Shown: positions 55,377-64,000 of the stretch, piece by piece | How the letters are laid out: each line of letters starts with the position of its first letter | How positions within the stretch are numbered: position 1 is the stretch's first letter | NCBI GenBank assembly: GCA_045628985.1 | Contig: JAZQQH010000029.1 | Location: 7,140-71,139, forward strand | DNA: 64,000 bases | Source: Bacteroidales bacterium | Lineage (GTDB): Bacteria; Bacteroidota; Bacteroidia; Bacteroidales; UBA3663 | Direction: 5' to 3' | Notes under the pieces: model-generated | Told to the model about the DNA's origin: nothing | Seen by the model: the letters and a program-made list of their open reading frames with translations, nothing else | Database searches by the model: none | Position numbers and translations under genes: made by a program

Positions 55377-56657
55377 ATGTGGTTATTCAAATCCTCCATT
55401 GGTCGTAAGGTAATCATGGCCATAACAGGTACAGCCCTTGTACTGTTCCTCACTTTTCACGCTGCCATGAATGTAGTTGCCCTCTTCAGTGCTCGTGGCT
55501 ATAATATGATATGCGAGATGCTCGGGGCTAACTGGTATGCTGTAGCAGCTACTATTGTTTTGGCTATACTCGTACTGGTGCATTTTGTGCTGGCTTTTCA
55601 TTTGGAACTCTGGAACTTGCAAGCTCGTGGTTCCCAACCCTATAGGGTGCGTGTCCGTCCTGGTGACGTCGAGTGGTCAAGCCAGAATATGTTCAGTCTG
55701 GGCACTATCGTCATTCTTGGCATTGTCCTGCACCTCTATAACTTCTGGTGCAAGATGATGTTTGCCGAACTGGCAGGTAATGACGATGCGCCAATGGCTA
55801 CCAATGGTATCTATCATATCATCAATACCTTTCACGGTATAGGTGAGCACACGGTGATGGGCTATGTCTATACGTTGCTGTATCTGATCTGGCTTACGGC
55901 TCTATGGTTCCATTTAAATCATGGTATCTGGAGTGCAATGCAGACACTTGGACTGAACAATAGCGTCTGGTTCGGTCGTCTGCGGATCATCAGCCGCGTC
56001 TATTCTACGGTACTGATTTTGATGTTCGCCTCAGTGGCAGTGGCCTTCTGCTGTGGCTATTCTCCAAGCGATTCACAACAAGTAATTTCCAATAATACAA
56101 CTATGACACAAAGCAAACTTTACGATTTCGAGGTGACAGACAACAAGGGTAACGTACAGTCTATGGCTCAGTACAAGGGCAAGGTGCTGCTTGTCGTCAA
56201 CACCGCCACTGCCTGTGGATTCACCCCTCAGTACAATGACCTGGATTCACTATACGATGCCTACAAGGACCAGGGATTGGAGATTCTGGATTTCCCTTGC
56301 AACCAGTTTGGCGCACAGGCTCCTGGTACCGACGAGGAGATTCAGGAGTTCTGCACCTTGCGTTTTAACACCCAGTTCCCTCGCTTCAGAAAGATCGAGG
56401 TGAATGGTGATAACGAGTTGCCTCTCTACACTTGGCTCAAGGAGCAGAAGGGTTTTGCTGGTTTCGACCCTGCACATCCGTTGACCGAATTGCTTCAGGC
56501 TATGTTCTCGAAGCAAGATCCTGACTATGAACAGAAGCCTGATATCAAGTGGAATTTCACCAAGTTCCTAATTGATCGTGAGGGTAATGTGGTAGAGCGC
56601 TTCGAGCCTACTGCTGGTAAGGAGACATTGGCTCCAGCTATCGAAAAGCTGCTGTGA
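55377..56657 (+). CDS. Fusion ORF: FrdC-type (b558 family) dihaem cytochrome b membrane domain plus complete glutathione peroxidase domain
   Basis: Residues 1-228 match the Bacteroidota fumarate reductase cytochrome b (MWLFKSSIGRK..., WFHLNHGIWSAMQTLG). Residues 243-426 are a GPx (VVNTATACGFTPQY, FPCNQFG, WNFTKFL) with its own Met at 56103. Confidence 0.8.
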   Translation: MWLFKSSIGRKVIMAITGTALVLFLTFHAAMNVVALFSARGYNMICEMLGANWYAVAATIVLAILVLVHFVLAFHLELWNLQARGSQPYRVRVRPGDVEWSSQNMFSLGTIVILGIVLHLYNFWCKMMFAELAGNDDAPMATNGIYHIINTFHGIGEHTVMGYVYTLLYLIWLTALWFHLNHGIWSAMQTLGLNNSVWFGRLRIISRVYSTVLILMFASVAVAFCCGYSPSDSQQVISNNTTMTQSKLYDFEVTDNKGNVQSMAQYKGKVLLVVNTATACGFTPQYNDLDSLYDAYKDQGLEILDFPCNQFGAQAPGTDEEIQEFCTLRFNTQFPRFRKIEVNGDNELPLYTWLKEQKGFAGFDPAHPLTELLQAMFSKQDPDYEQKPDIKWNFTKFLIDREGNVVERFEPTAGKETLAPAIEKLL

Positions 56658-56667
56658 TGTAGTCGAG

Positions 56668-56916
56668 ATGAAGCAACTCTTGACCCAAATAAAACTGTGG
56701 TTGAGCACACTCTCATTCCGAACGGGAGTGATTGTCCTGCTCTGCTGCATTCCTTGTTATATTCTCTCCTTTGCGCAGATGGCCTTGCCTATCAGCGCTG
56801 GCGCTAAGAGCGTACTTTGGTTTGTACTTTTCGGCATGGCAAAGACTTTCCAGTATGGCGGATTGACTATACTTGGCGTGGAGGGAGTGAAAAGACTGAA
56901 ACAACTATTCAAATAA
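56668..56916 (+). CDS. Small membrane protein (82 aa, 2 TM), hypothetical
   Basis: It lies 10 nt after the preceding stop and has hydrophobic helices with a CCIPC motif. Confidence 0.5.
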   Translation: MKQLLTQIKLWLSTLSFRTGVIVLLCCIPCYILSFAQMALPISAGAKSVLWFVLFGMAKTFQYGGLTILGVEGVKRLKQLFK

Positions 56917-56922
56917 TGTATT

Positions 56923-57111
56923 ATGGCAAACGAGAAACCTTGTGCGAACTGTAAGCTTCGCGCTAATTACGAGAAGAATCCTAAATCTCTATTAGGCCGT
57001 TTCTGGCGCTGGCATATCAATTTCTGTCCGGGCTGGAAGGGCTACTTCACCTCGCTGAGCGCTGACGAACAGAAGGTGCTGCGTGAGAAATATCAGTTCA
57101 ATAAATATTAA
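56923..57111 (+). CDS. Small Cys-containing protein (62 aa), hypothetical
   Basis: It lies 6 nt after the preceding stop and has CxxC (CANC) plus FCPGW. A terminator follows at 57125-57168 (ACAAGGGGTTG/CAACCCCTTGT). Confidence 0.5.
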   Translation: MANEKPCANCKLRANYEKNPKSLLGRFWRWHINFCPGWKGYFTSLSADEQKVLREKYQFNKY

Positions 57112-57272
57112 GGACCAATAATGGACAAGGGGTTGGGGTACATCGCACTCAACCCCTTGTTGTGTTTCGTCCAATTGCGTTTTTCAACCGGCGTTTTCGC
57201 TCGGCATTGTCCCTTTTTCATATCGTAAATGCAGTTTTCTTGGCTATTATTTGTTTGCTAAGTATTTTCTTA

Positions 57273-57280
57273 TTATCTTT
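57273..57280 (+). promoter_or_regulatory. -7 promoter box TAtcTTTG for the GH51 gene
   Basis: ATTATCTTTGCACACC lies inside the long ORF that begins at 57162, which argues for the ATG at 57348. Confidence 0.55.
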
Positions 57281-57347
57281 GCACACCTATTTCTGTCTCA
57301 GAAAACACTACGTAAATATACACAAACTAAAACAACATCAAAGCGCA

Positions 57348-58940
57348 ATGAAGAAATTACTTGCAACTATGGCAGTAGGTATGGCTATGCCTCTGTCTAT
57401 GATGGCACAGGATGTGCAGCTGACCATTCACCCTGATCAAGCACAGAATGTCATCCCAAAGGAGATCTATGGACAGTTTGCCGAGCATCTGGGCCGTTGC
57501 ATCTATGGCGGTATCTGGGTTGGTCCAGATAGCGAAATCCCTAATATCAATGGTTATCGTAAGGACGTATTCGAGGCACTGAAGGAGCTCGAAGTCCCTG
57601 TGCTCCGTTGGCCAGGTGGCTGCTTTGCCGACGAGTATCACTGGCGCGACGGCATTGGCCCACAGGAGAATCGCCGACTGATGGTCAATACCAACTGGGG
57701 CGGTACGGTGGAGAACAATTCGTTCGGTACTCATGAGTTCCTGAACCTCTGTGAGATGTTGGGTATCGAGCCATATATTTCGGGCAATGTGGGCTCGGGT
57801 ACTGTTCAAGAGATGGCCGAATGGGTAGAGTATATGAACTCTGATAGCAACTCAACTATTGCAGAAGAGCGTCGTAAGAATGGTCGTGAGAAGCCTTGGA
57901 ATGTGAAGTATTTCGGAGTAGGCAACGAGTCATGGGGTTGTGGTGGTAATATGACCATCGAGTATTATGTGAACCTCTATCGTCGCTATAATACTTATGC
58001 TCGTAACTATGGTGACAACCGCCTGTTCCGCATTGCTTCGGGTGCTAATGGCGGCGATACACACTGGATGGATGTAGCTATGCGCGAGTGTCGTCATAAC
58101 ATGGATGGTATCTCGGTACATTTCTATGCCGTGCGTGACTGGGGTTCGGAGGACGATCCTATCACGGGTATCCCTATGGGCAAGAAGGGTTCGGCTCTGG
58201 TATTCTCTGATCAGGAGTATTACGAGATTGTCTCGAAGTCGCTCGAGCTGGAGGATGTGATTCGAGCTCATGCTGCTGTGATGGATCGCTACGATCCAGA
58301 GAAGAAGGTGGCTATCATGTTCGACGAGTGGGGCACTTGGTTCAATGTTGAGCCTGGTACCAATCCTGGTTGGCTCTATCAGCAGAGCACGGTTCGTGAT
58401 GCTATCGTGGCAGCTTCGTCGCTCGATATCTTCCACAAATATACCGATCGTGTGAAGATGGCTAACATTGCCCAGATCGTCAACGTTCTGCAGTCGATGA
58501 TCCTGACCAATGAGAAGAACCCAATGGATCATTGCATCGTGACCCCAACTTATCATGTTTTCAGAATGTATAACGTCCATAAGGAGGCTATCTACGTCCC
58601 TTCAGACCTGGTTTGCAACTACATCAGCGTCAATGCCAAGGAGCAAGTTCCTACAGTGAGCCGCACCGTTTCGAAGGATCAGAATGGCGTGATGCACCTC
58701 TCGCTCACTAATATGGATCTAAATCACACACATACCGTTGCTGTTAGCATCGATGGCATGAAGGTGAAGGGCGCTGAGGGTGAGATTCTCACCGCTGATG
58801 ACGTTCACGCTTACAATGATTTTGGTAAAGCCAATGTCGTTAAGCCTGTTGCCTTCAAGGATGTAAAGGTCAACAAGCAGGGCCAGCTGCTGGTTACCTT
58901 GCCCGCACACAGTGTGGTCACTCTGACCTTGAAGAATTGA
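57348..58940 (+). CDS. Alpha-L-arabinofuranosidase, glycoside hydrolase family 51
   Basis: Signal peptide [23 protein letters not shown]51 blocks [22 protein letters not shown] and the FDEWG catalytic region. Confidence 0.88.
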   Translation: MKKLLATMAVGMAMPLSMMAQDVQLTIHPDQAQNVIPKEIYGQFAEHLGRCIYGGIWVGPDSEIPNINGYRKDVFEALKELEVPVLRWPGGCFADEYHWRDGIGPQENRRLMVNTNWGGTVENNSFGTHEFLNLCEMLGIEPYISGNVGSGTVQEMAEWVEYMNSDSNSTIAEERRKNGREKPWNVKYFGVGNESWGCGGNMTIEYYVNLYRRYNTYARNYGDNRLFRIASGANGGDTHWMDVAMRECRHNMDGISVHFYAVRDWGSEDDPITGIPMGKKGSALVFSDQEYYEIVSKSLELEDVIRAHAAVMDRYDPEKKVAIMFDEWGTWFNVEPGTNPGWLYQQSTVRDAIVAASSLDIFHKYTDRVKMANIAQIVNVLQSMILTNEKNPMDHCIVTPTYHVFRMYNVHKEAIYVPSDLVCNYISVNAKEQVPTVSRTVSKDQNGVMHLSLTNMDLNHTHTVAVSIDGMKVKGAEGEILTADDVHAYNDFGKANVVKPVAFKDVKVNKQGQLLVTLPAHSVVTLTLKN

Positions 58941-59049
58941 TTCCTCAAGTAATTGACAATTGGTAATTGGCAATCTCCAAATGATTTTTGACAATGGATA
59001 ATGTGCTTCACTCGTCGTAATGACGCGTTGTGAGCTAAATAATTATAAA

Positions 59050-59092
59050 GGCTTCGTGCTGCTCTGATGGGAGTGCACGAAGCCTTGTTTTT
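59050..59092. terminator. Bidirectional terminator between GH51 and the convergent beta-helix gene
   Basis: AAGGCTTCGTGC/GCACGAAGCCTT 12-bp stem is followed by GTTTTTG. Confidence 0.7.
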
Positions 59093-59141
59093 GTGAATTA
59101 CAATCATACGAACAAAAGAATGAGATATTGGTCTAGTAAGA

Positions 59142-61568
59142 TTATTCCCAATAATCGCGTGTTACTGCTTTGCGAATAATCTCTGCTTTGATGCCACATC
59201 CAGGTTCATTCTTACTTACTTTAGGCAATTCATTTTCTTTGTTCGTGAGACCTGACAGACAAAGGGTGTTCTTGTTTGTAAGTACAGCGTAATGTTGCTG
59301 CGTTAGTTTGTCTGCTAATAATTTGGTAAGACTAATGTCATCTGTTGCCTTCTGTATATCAGTAGTGTCGATAGTCAATGCTACCTCTTGGTCCTCGATT
59401 TGCAAGGCTATTATACCCGCTTTTATCGCTTTGTTCTGTCGTATGGTCAGCCGATAGAGTGCTGGTTGCTTTATTGCTTTACACTCTTTCAGTTGTTTGG
59501 CTTGTGTATCGAACCATAGTCGGCCTTTCCAGTTGTAGTCTGAAATGGGTGCTGATGAGGCATAAAGTGGAGCGGTATCCATCTCCTTGATGCAGTCCCA
59601 GATCATTGACGTAGAACCTCCAAGTCCTCCTAAATGGATTTTTAGTGGGGAATTGTCGTCGATATGTGCGTTGCCAAAATCAAGGTCGATATAGCAGAAT
59701 TTACCTAACTTGGTGATTGGGGTATGAAAGAGTAGGTTCTTGTCTTTGCCATTCTCTTTATAAGTGATGTAGATTGCTACATAATTGCCATCTTTACCCT
59801 TGGGGTGTTGAGTACTATGCTTGGCTTTGACTCGGGCGAAGTAATGTCGATTAGCTCGATAGGTCATCGTAAATACACCATTCCCTGAGGGAGAATAGGC
59901 AGTGAGATGAACGGGGGCAATTGACTCGTCATCATAATGACAGCAGGCATATGACCCATTGGCAATTGCTGGATAATATACGTCATGTGGCATTTCTCGC
60001 GCCAGACTGAAACTTGGCGTGGGGACACCGTCAAAACAGCGAATTAGCTTAGAATTAGGAAGAAGTGGCGTGTCAAGTGAAAATACTCGATTGTGCATAT
60101 CCCCTTTTTCTGGTCGTTCTATCCAGCATACAGGGAATGGCTGCCGATAGTTATAGTCTATAAGATGGACATTGTTGTATTTGTCCATATCATCTTTGTT
60201 CAATACAATGGCGGCTACTTTACGTACCCTGTACATTGTATCTCCATACCATGCCAAGTAACCCATAGGGTTCCAGGTATGTGTAATGCAGTGGATGGTT
60301 ATGTCATGGCCCCAGCCACTGAAGGCACCGCAGAGTACAGTCTTTTCGTTAGGATATTGCTCTTTTCTGATATTTTCGTCATAAGAGTAGTCTTTTTGTC
60401 CGTCTGATTTGATAAAATCATAACCTCGATTCCTCATATTCGAGAAGTCACAGAACGAACCTTCCCACTGGATATTGCCAATTTCGGAGTGTGTAAAAAT
60501 AGCGTCATGATCTGCATGGATGATGCTACCACCAATACCTTCGGCGTCGATATAGTTTATGTAGTTTGCGCTGCAATTTCGACGCGATTTATATCCTTTG
60601 TAGTCTTCATCCGTTCGGCCTAATATCTTTCGAGCAAAGCCATCCTTGCCCATGATCTTGGCGTACCAGATGCAAGGCATCACACGTCCTTTGTAAAATG
60701 CCCCACAGGCACCGACACTGATGAACCCAAATACGGTCTCTTGTGTATTGCAGAGTACCATGGCACTACCTCCGATGTATGCGAAGTTTAGAGCGTCGAG
60801 ATTGCTATTACACATTCCGACTGCTATTAGTGCTGCAATTGGTGAATACTGATTCTGGGGATAGTTGCCAGCACCATGTTGTCCGCTGAAAGAGATATTG
60901 GTTATATTGACACCTGATGCCTCGATATAAGGATAATCTTTGTGACAAAGCTGCTCAGAACCACTGATGGTCCAGATGTAGGGCTGTCCTTTCTCCCAAG
61001 CATGAAAAACTGTCTCGTTGTTATGTCCGTAATCTTTGGGTGATGCTCCTTTGACTCGTATGCCTTTATTGGAACCAATCACCATAAATGCAGGTGAGGT
61101 GAAATAATGTCCTGCAGGGCAGATGAGCTGATAGATTTGGTTGCGACGTTTGCATAGGTTGACGTATGCTATCAAGTTGTCATGACAGTCGCGAAAGTTC
61201 GGATTGTCGTGTGTACAATTTTCATGTTCTGTGGCCCACGTATGTAATCCCTTCATTGGGATGGCACCCAATTGGCAGAGGCTTACGTCATCGCCATTCA
61301 AAATATCTGCATACAGACCCTTGTTTTTGAGTGCGATGAGAGACCAACCGTCAGCGGGATACTTTCCGAGATTGGATGGTGTAGAAACGATGTTGTATGA
61401 GGCGCCTCCTCCATCATTAGCGGTATAGAATCCTTTGGTTATGGCTACATCTCCTGCTTGTAGGGTAGAGGCATTCGTCATTTCTGCAACAGACTCGAAA
61501 TATTGGGCTTCTCGAGCTGTTGCGATCAGAGAGAGATAAGCAATAATTATTGTTAATAGTGTGCGCAT
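59142..61568 (-). CDS. Large secreted protein of unknown function (808 aa), possibly right-handed beta-helix (pectate-lyase/tailspike-like) at the N-terminus
   Basis: Signal peptide. An N-terminal segment resembles Pectate_lyase_3-type starts (GFYTANDGGGASY). It lies 9 nt downstream of the CotH gene. The product call is weak. Confidence 0.6.
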   Translation of the reverse strand: MRTLLTIIIAYLSLIATAREAQYFESVAEMTNASTLQAGDVAITKGFYTANDGGGASYNIVSTPSNLGKYPADGWSLIALKNKGLYADILNGDDVSLCQLGAIPMKGLHTWATEHENCTHDNPNFRDCHDNLIAYVNLCKRRNQIYQLICPAGHYFTSPAFMVIGSNKGIRVKGASPKDYGHNNETVFHAWEKGQPYIWTISGSEQLCHKDYPYIEASGVNITNISFSGQHGAGNYPQNQYSPIAALIAVGMCNSNLDALNFAYIGGSAMVLCNTQETVFGFISVGACGAFYKGRVMPCIWYAKIMGKDGFARKILGRTDEDYKGYKSRRNCSANYINYIDAEGIGGSIIHADHDAIFTHSEIGNIQWEGSFCDFSNMRNRGYDFIKSDGQKDYSYDENIRKEQYPNEKTVLCGAFSGWGHDITIHCITHTWNPMGYLAWYGDTMYRVRKVAAIVLNKDDMDKYNNVHLIDYNYRQPFPVCWIERPEKGDMHNRVFSLDTPLLPNSKLIRCFDGVPTPSFSLAREMPHDVYYPAIANGSYACCHYDDESIAPVHLTAYSPSGNGVFTMTYRANRHYFARVKAKHSTQHPKGKDGNYVAIYITYKENGKDKNLLFHTPITKLGKFCYIDLDFGNAHIDDNSPLKIHLGGLGGSTSMIWDCIKEMDTAPLYASSAPISDYNWKGRLWFDTQAKQLKECKAIKQPALYRLTIRQNKAIKAGIIALQIEDQEVALTIDTTDIQKATDDISLTKLLADKLTQQHYAVLTNKNTLCLSGLTNKENELPKVSKNEPGCGIKAEIIRKAVTRDYWE

Positions 61569-61577
61569 ATTCTTGTG

Positions 61578-63977
61578 TTATAATATAATTTTACGTGTTC
61601 TACCTTCCGTATCCCGCACAATATTGATGCCAGGATGCAATTGGTCAAGCTGACGACCATTCAGGTCGTAGAAGAGGGTAGGGGCAGCTGACGGATCTTG
61701 GGTGAGCTCTTCGAGACCTTCACTTTCACCATATTGTGGAGTGATAATGACCTGGTAACCTCCTGGCATGACGAAGTGGCAGGTGCTGCCAGGATAGGTC
61801 TCGGTAGTATAGTTGGCGGGTGTGTTGTATGTATCGACACGCCAGCTGGATACAGTGCGTGTGGTGAGAGGAAGACCTTCCTCATCGGTCTGGGGAGTGG
61901 CCGATAGTGTTACATCACGGCCTGTGAAGAATTTCCCGTTGAAGGTAGGTGCTGAAAGAGTTACACCATTCATGCAGATATCAACCTTCTCGAGATCTTC
62001 CTCGGGAATATCTTTGTTGATGTAGAGGTTGACGGCAGAACCGAGTTGATAATAGTTTCGTAGCTGTGAGTAGAATTGGTTGGTACGGCCGCTCAGCCAG
62101 TTCTTAGCCGAACTTAGTTCGCTCTGGTAGTTTGGCCACCATTCATTGATGAGCTTGCGATGATGTGGATATTCGGTCTTTGTCTCTTCGTACATAGGAT
62201 GCCAGATCTTCCATACGGCATTGTAATTGAGAAAATCTCCCATGTAGATGGCGGTGCGGTCAATGAATTCGCGTTCGAACTCTGGGATTTCCATCAAACG
62301 ACGGAAAAGTCGTGTGTGATCGTACTGATTAGCCCAATTGCGATTATAGTCGTAGTTGGGATTATATAACCATTCGAAAGTTTTGTATGAATTTGACGAA
62401 CCATAGAGCCCCAACCCGAAGTCTGTGTCCTTGGCTATGAAACGCCAACGGCCTCCCTCCTCACGTGGGCGCCACATGACGAAGTTATTGCCTGGGAAAT
62501 CCTGATTGTTATAGTAGAGGTTCATCACCATTAGGTTAATGTATTCTACCAGATCCATCCGCTCGGCGTATTCCTCCCATGTATGGTTATGCTCGTTGTA
62601 GAAGGCAGAGAATTCGTTGAAGTTATCAAGTGTTCCTTTCTTCAGCTCGCGCCAGTTCTCGATCATATCTATATCCTCTAGGTCATCGTAGTTAGTATAG
62701 ATATTGTCTTCGTTGCTTCGTTCGCGAAAATTGAGGATGCCTTTGTATGCGCCATTGATAAAGATGATAGCAGGACGCCAGGCCTGCCAGTCAAGGTCGG
62801 CGTGTTGGGCCATAGAGCGTTGGATAATGGCATCACGCATATACAGGTAGTCGAAGTCATTGCCTGCATTGCGCAGAATGAATGACTTGTAATGGGTCTG
62901 TCCAGGACGTTGGTCGGGCCAGAACTCGTATTTGAAGTGCTTCTGTCCGAAACGCTTGTGCGTGTAAACTGCCATCGACTTGAGTGCGGAAGATCGGGTG
63001 GCAGCACCTGCTACACGGGTTTCACAAAGTACGTTCATCTGGCTAGCGCTATCTGCCTCGGTGAATAGTTCGAAGTTGATGGGACGGCGCCAGTTGTACT
63101 CGTAGTTCTTCTTATTACTACTATAGCTTCCGCTGACCAGAATACCAATCTTACTATCTTTGAAGTAGCTATTCTTTGATACGATAGAGACAACAGGCAG
63201 CGTCATACTACGCCCAAGGAAAAAATAGGATTGGGTAGTGGAACGGGGTGAAAGATACCCATTACAGAACAGTTTGGCACGGATCATCTGGTTCGACGTA
63301 ATCTTTATAGGCGCCGAGTAGAGGTAGCTGGATGTCGTAGGTTCGTCACCATTGGTCGTGTATCGAATCTCTGTGCCTTCAGGTGAACCATCGGGGAGGG
63401 TGAGCGTCAGATTGATTGTTTGGCTGCTTGTCATAACGCGGCCCGGTTCACTGAAGATTGGTTCCCCCAGGATATCTGTGCAGATAATGCCAGTATTGGC
63501 AAATTGTGGAGTCGGTGTATATTGATATCCCCATTCGTCCGAACCACTGGTTTTGCGTCCATACGAGATGTTGGGAGCTGGTTGCTTCTGTTCGATGTGG
63601 ACTGAGTCGGCTATCGTCATATTCTTGTCGAATAGATAGACCACACAGTCCTTGCCTGTCTCCAATCGGAAAGTAGTATGCATTTTTGTACCCTCCTTGT
63701 CGCAATAGACCAATGCATGCGCTTGGTTGCTTAAGTTTTGCGAAGGGAGTTGCCAGGCGTCACTGCCGTCCGATTTTGTACCAATAAGGTATTGGTTCAG
63801 ATTGACAGCAGTCGTTCCGGCATTATACAGTTCAACCCATGAATCAGGAAATTCGTTACGATCGTCCATGATGCAGTCGATGTTCGACTGCATCAACTCA
63901 TTGATCAGTACTTGAGCTCGACTGAACTGACAGAGTGCTGTAAATCCGAGGAAAATAGCAAGTTTTTGTTTCAACAT
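61578..63977 (-). CDS. CotH kinase family protein with N-terminal lamin-tail domain and T9SS C-terminal sorting domain
   Basis: LTD motif VLINELMQSN...WVELYN. CotH core FILRNAGNDFDYLYMRDAI. The C-terminus LFYDLNGRQLDQLHPGINIVRDTEGRTRKIIL is typical of Por secretion tails. Confidence 0.8.
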   Translation of the reverse strand: MLKQKLAIFLGFTALCQFSRAQVLINELMQSNIDCIMDDRNEFPDSWVELYNAGTTAVNLNQYLIGTKSDGSDAWQLPSQNLSNQAHALVYCDKEGTKMHTTFRLETGKDCVVYLFDKNMTIADSVHIEQKQPAPNISYGRKTSGSDEWGYQYTPTPQFANTGIICTDILGEPIFSEPGRVMTSSQTINLTLTLPDGSPEGTEIRYTTNGDEPTTSSYLYSAPIKITSNQMIRAKLFCNGYLSPRSTTQSYFFLGRSMTLPVVSIVSKNSYFKDSKIGILVSGSYSSNKKNYEYNWRRPINFELFTEADSASQMNVLCETRVAGAATRSSALKSMAVYTHKRFGQKHFKYEFWPDQRPGQTHYKSFILRNAGNDFDYLYMRDAIIQRSMAQHADLDWQAWRPAIIFINGAYKGILNFRERSNEDNIYTNYDDLEDIDMIENWRELKKGTLDNFNEFSAFYNEHNHTWEEYAERMDLVEYINLMVMNLYYNNQDFPGNNFVMWRPREEGGRWRFIAKDTDFGLGLYGSSNSYKTFEWLYNPNYDYNRNWANQYDHTRLFRRLMEIPEFEREFIDRTAIYMGDFLNYNAVWKIWHPMYEETKTEYPHHRKLINEWWPNYQSELSSAKNWLSGRTNQFYSQLRNYYQLGSAVNLYINKDIPEEDLEKVDICMNGVTLSAPTFNGKFFTGRDVTLSATPQTDEEGLPLTTRTVSSWRVDTYNTPANYTTETYPGSTCHFVMPGGYQVIITPQYGESEGLEELTQDPSAAPTLFYDLNGRQLDQLHPGINIVRDTEGRTRKIIL

Positions 63978-64000
63978 CGTATGGATAAGAATATGACGAT

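Noticed and set aside
1-64000. Search for tRNA, rRNA, tmRNA, RNase P, IS elements, integrases and phage genes
   Set aside because: I saw no T-arm or anticodon-arm-like sequences such as GGTTCGAATCC, no rRNA-like conserved blocks, and no transposase or integrase-like ORFs. A covariance-model scan (tRNAscan-SE, Infernal/Rfam) would be needed to exclude structured RNAs formally.

Overview
The window looks like a Bacteroidota chromosome segment, probably Bacteroidales or Prevotellaceae-like. The evidence is that nearly every gene is preceded by the Bacteroides -7 promoter box TAnnTTTG, often extended to TATCTTTGCA. Shine-Dalgarno sites are absent, lipoprotein signal peptides are common, and some proteins end in T9SS-type C-terminal tails.

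I call about 52 protein genes. Most are housekeeping:
- POT peptide transporter, hpt, adk, pdxK, rubrerythrin and an acyl-CoA synthetase.
- A thrC operon containing the PGM-like homoserine-kinase analogue.
- queA, gap and agmatine deiminase.
- A six-gene L-arabinose operon (galM, MFS, SGLT, araD, araA, araB).
- GH97 and GH51 glycosidases.

I recognised no rRNA, tRNA, CRISPR array, transposase, integrase or phage gene.

Observations worth a second look:
1. A five-gene plus-strand module (54406-57111) has an ECF sigma factor and a His/Cys-rich membrane protein. It also has one ORF fusing an orphan FrdC-type dihaem cytochrome b to a complete glutathione peroxidase.
2. A cell-envelope cluster (15463-21450) combines an LtaS-like transferase, an LpxL-like acyltransferase and a TagF-like phosphotransferase. 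It also has a LicC-like nucleotidyltransferase and a HisC/CobD-like PLP enzyme.
3. A family of G/C-tract palindromic mini-elements has one 42-nt copy inserted in frame inside queA.
4. Two unrelated tandem arrays of hairpin plus T-tract modules have periods of 42 bp and about 41-44 bp.
5. Two strong orphan promoters have no ORF downstream and are small-RNA candidates.
6. A decayed HsdR N-terminal remnant carries an in-frame stop.

All functional calls rest on motif and family recognition by eye. No database search or computation was run.
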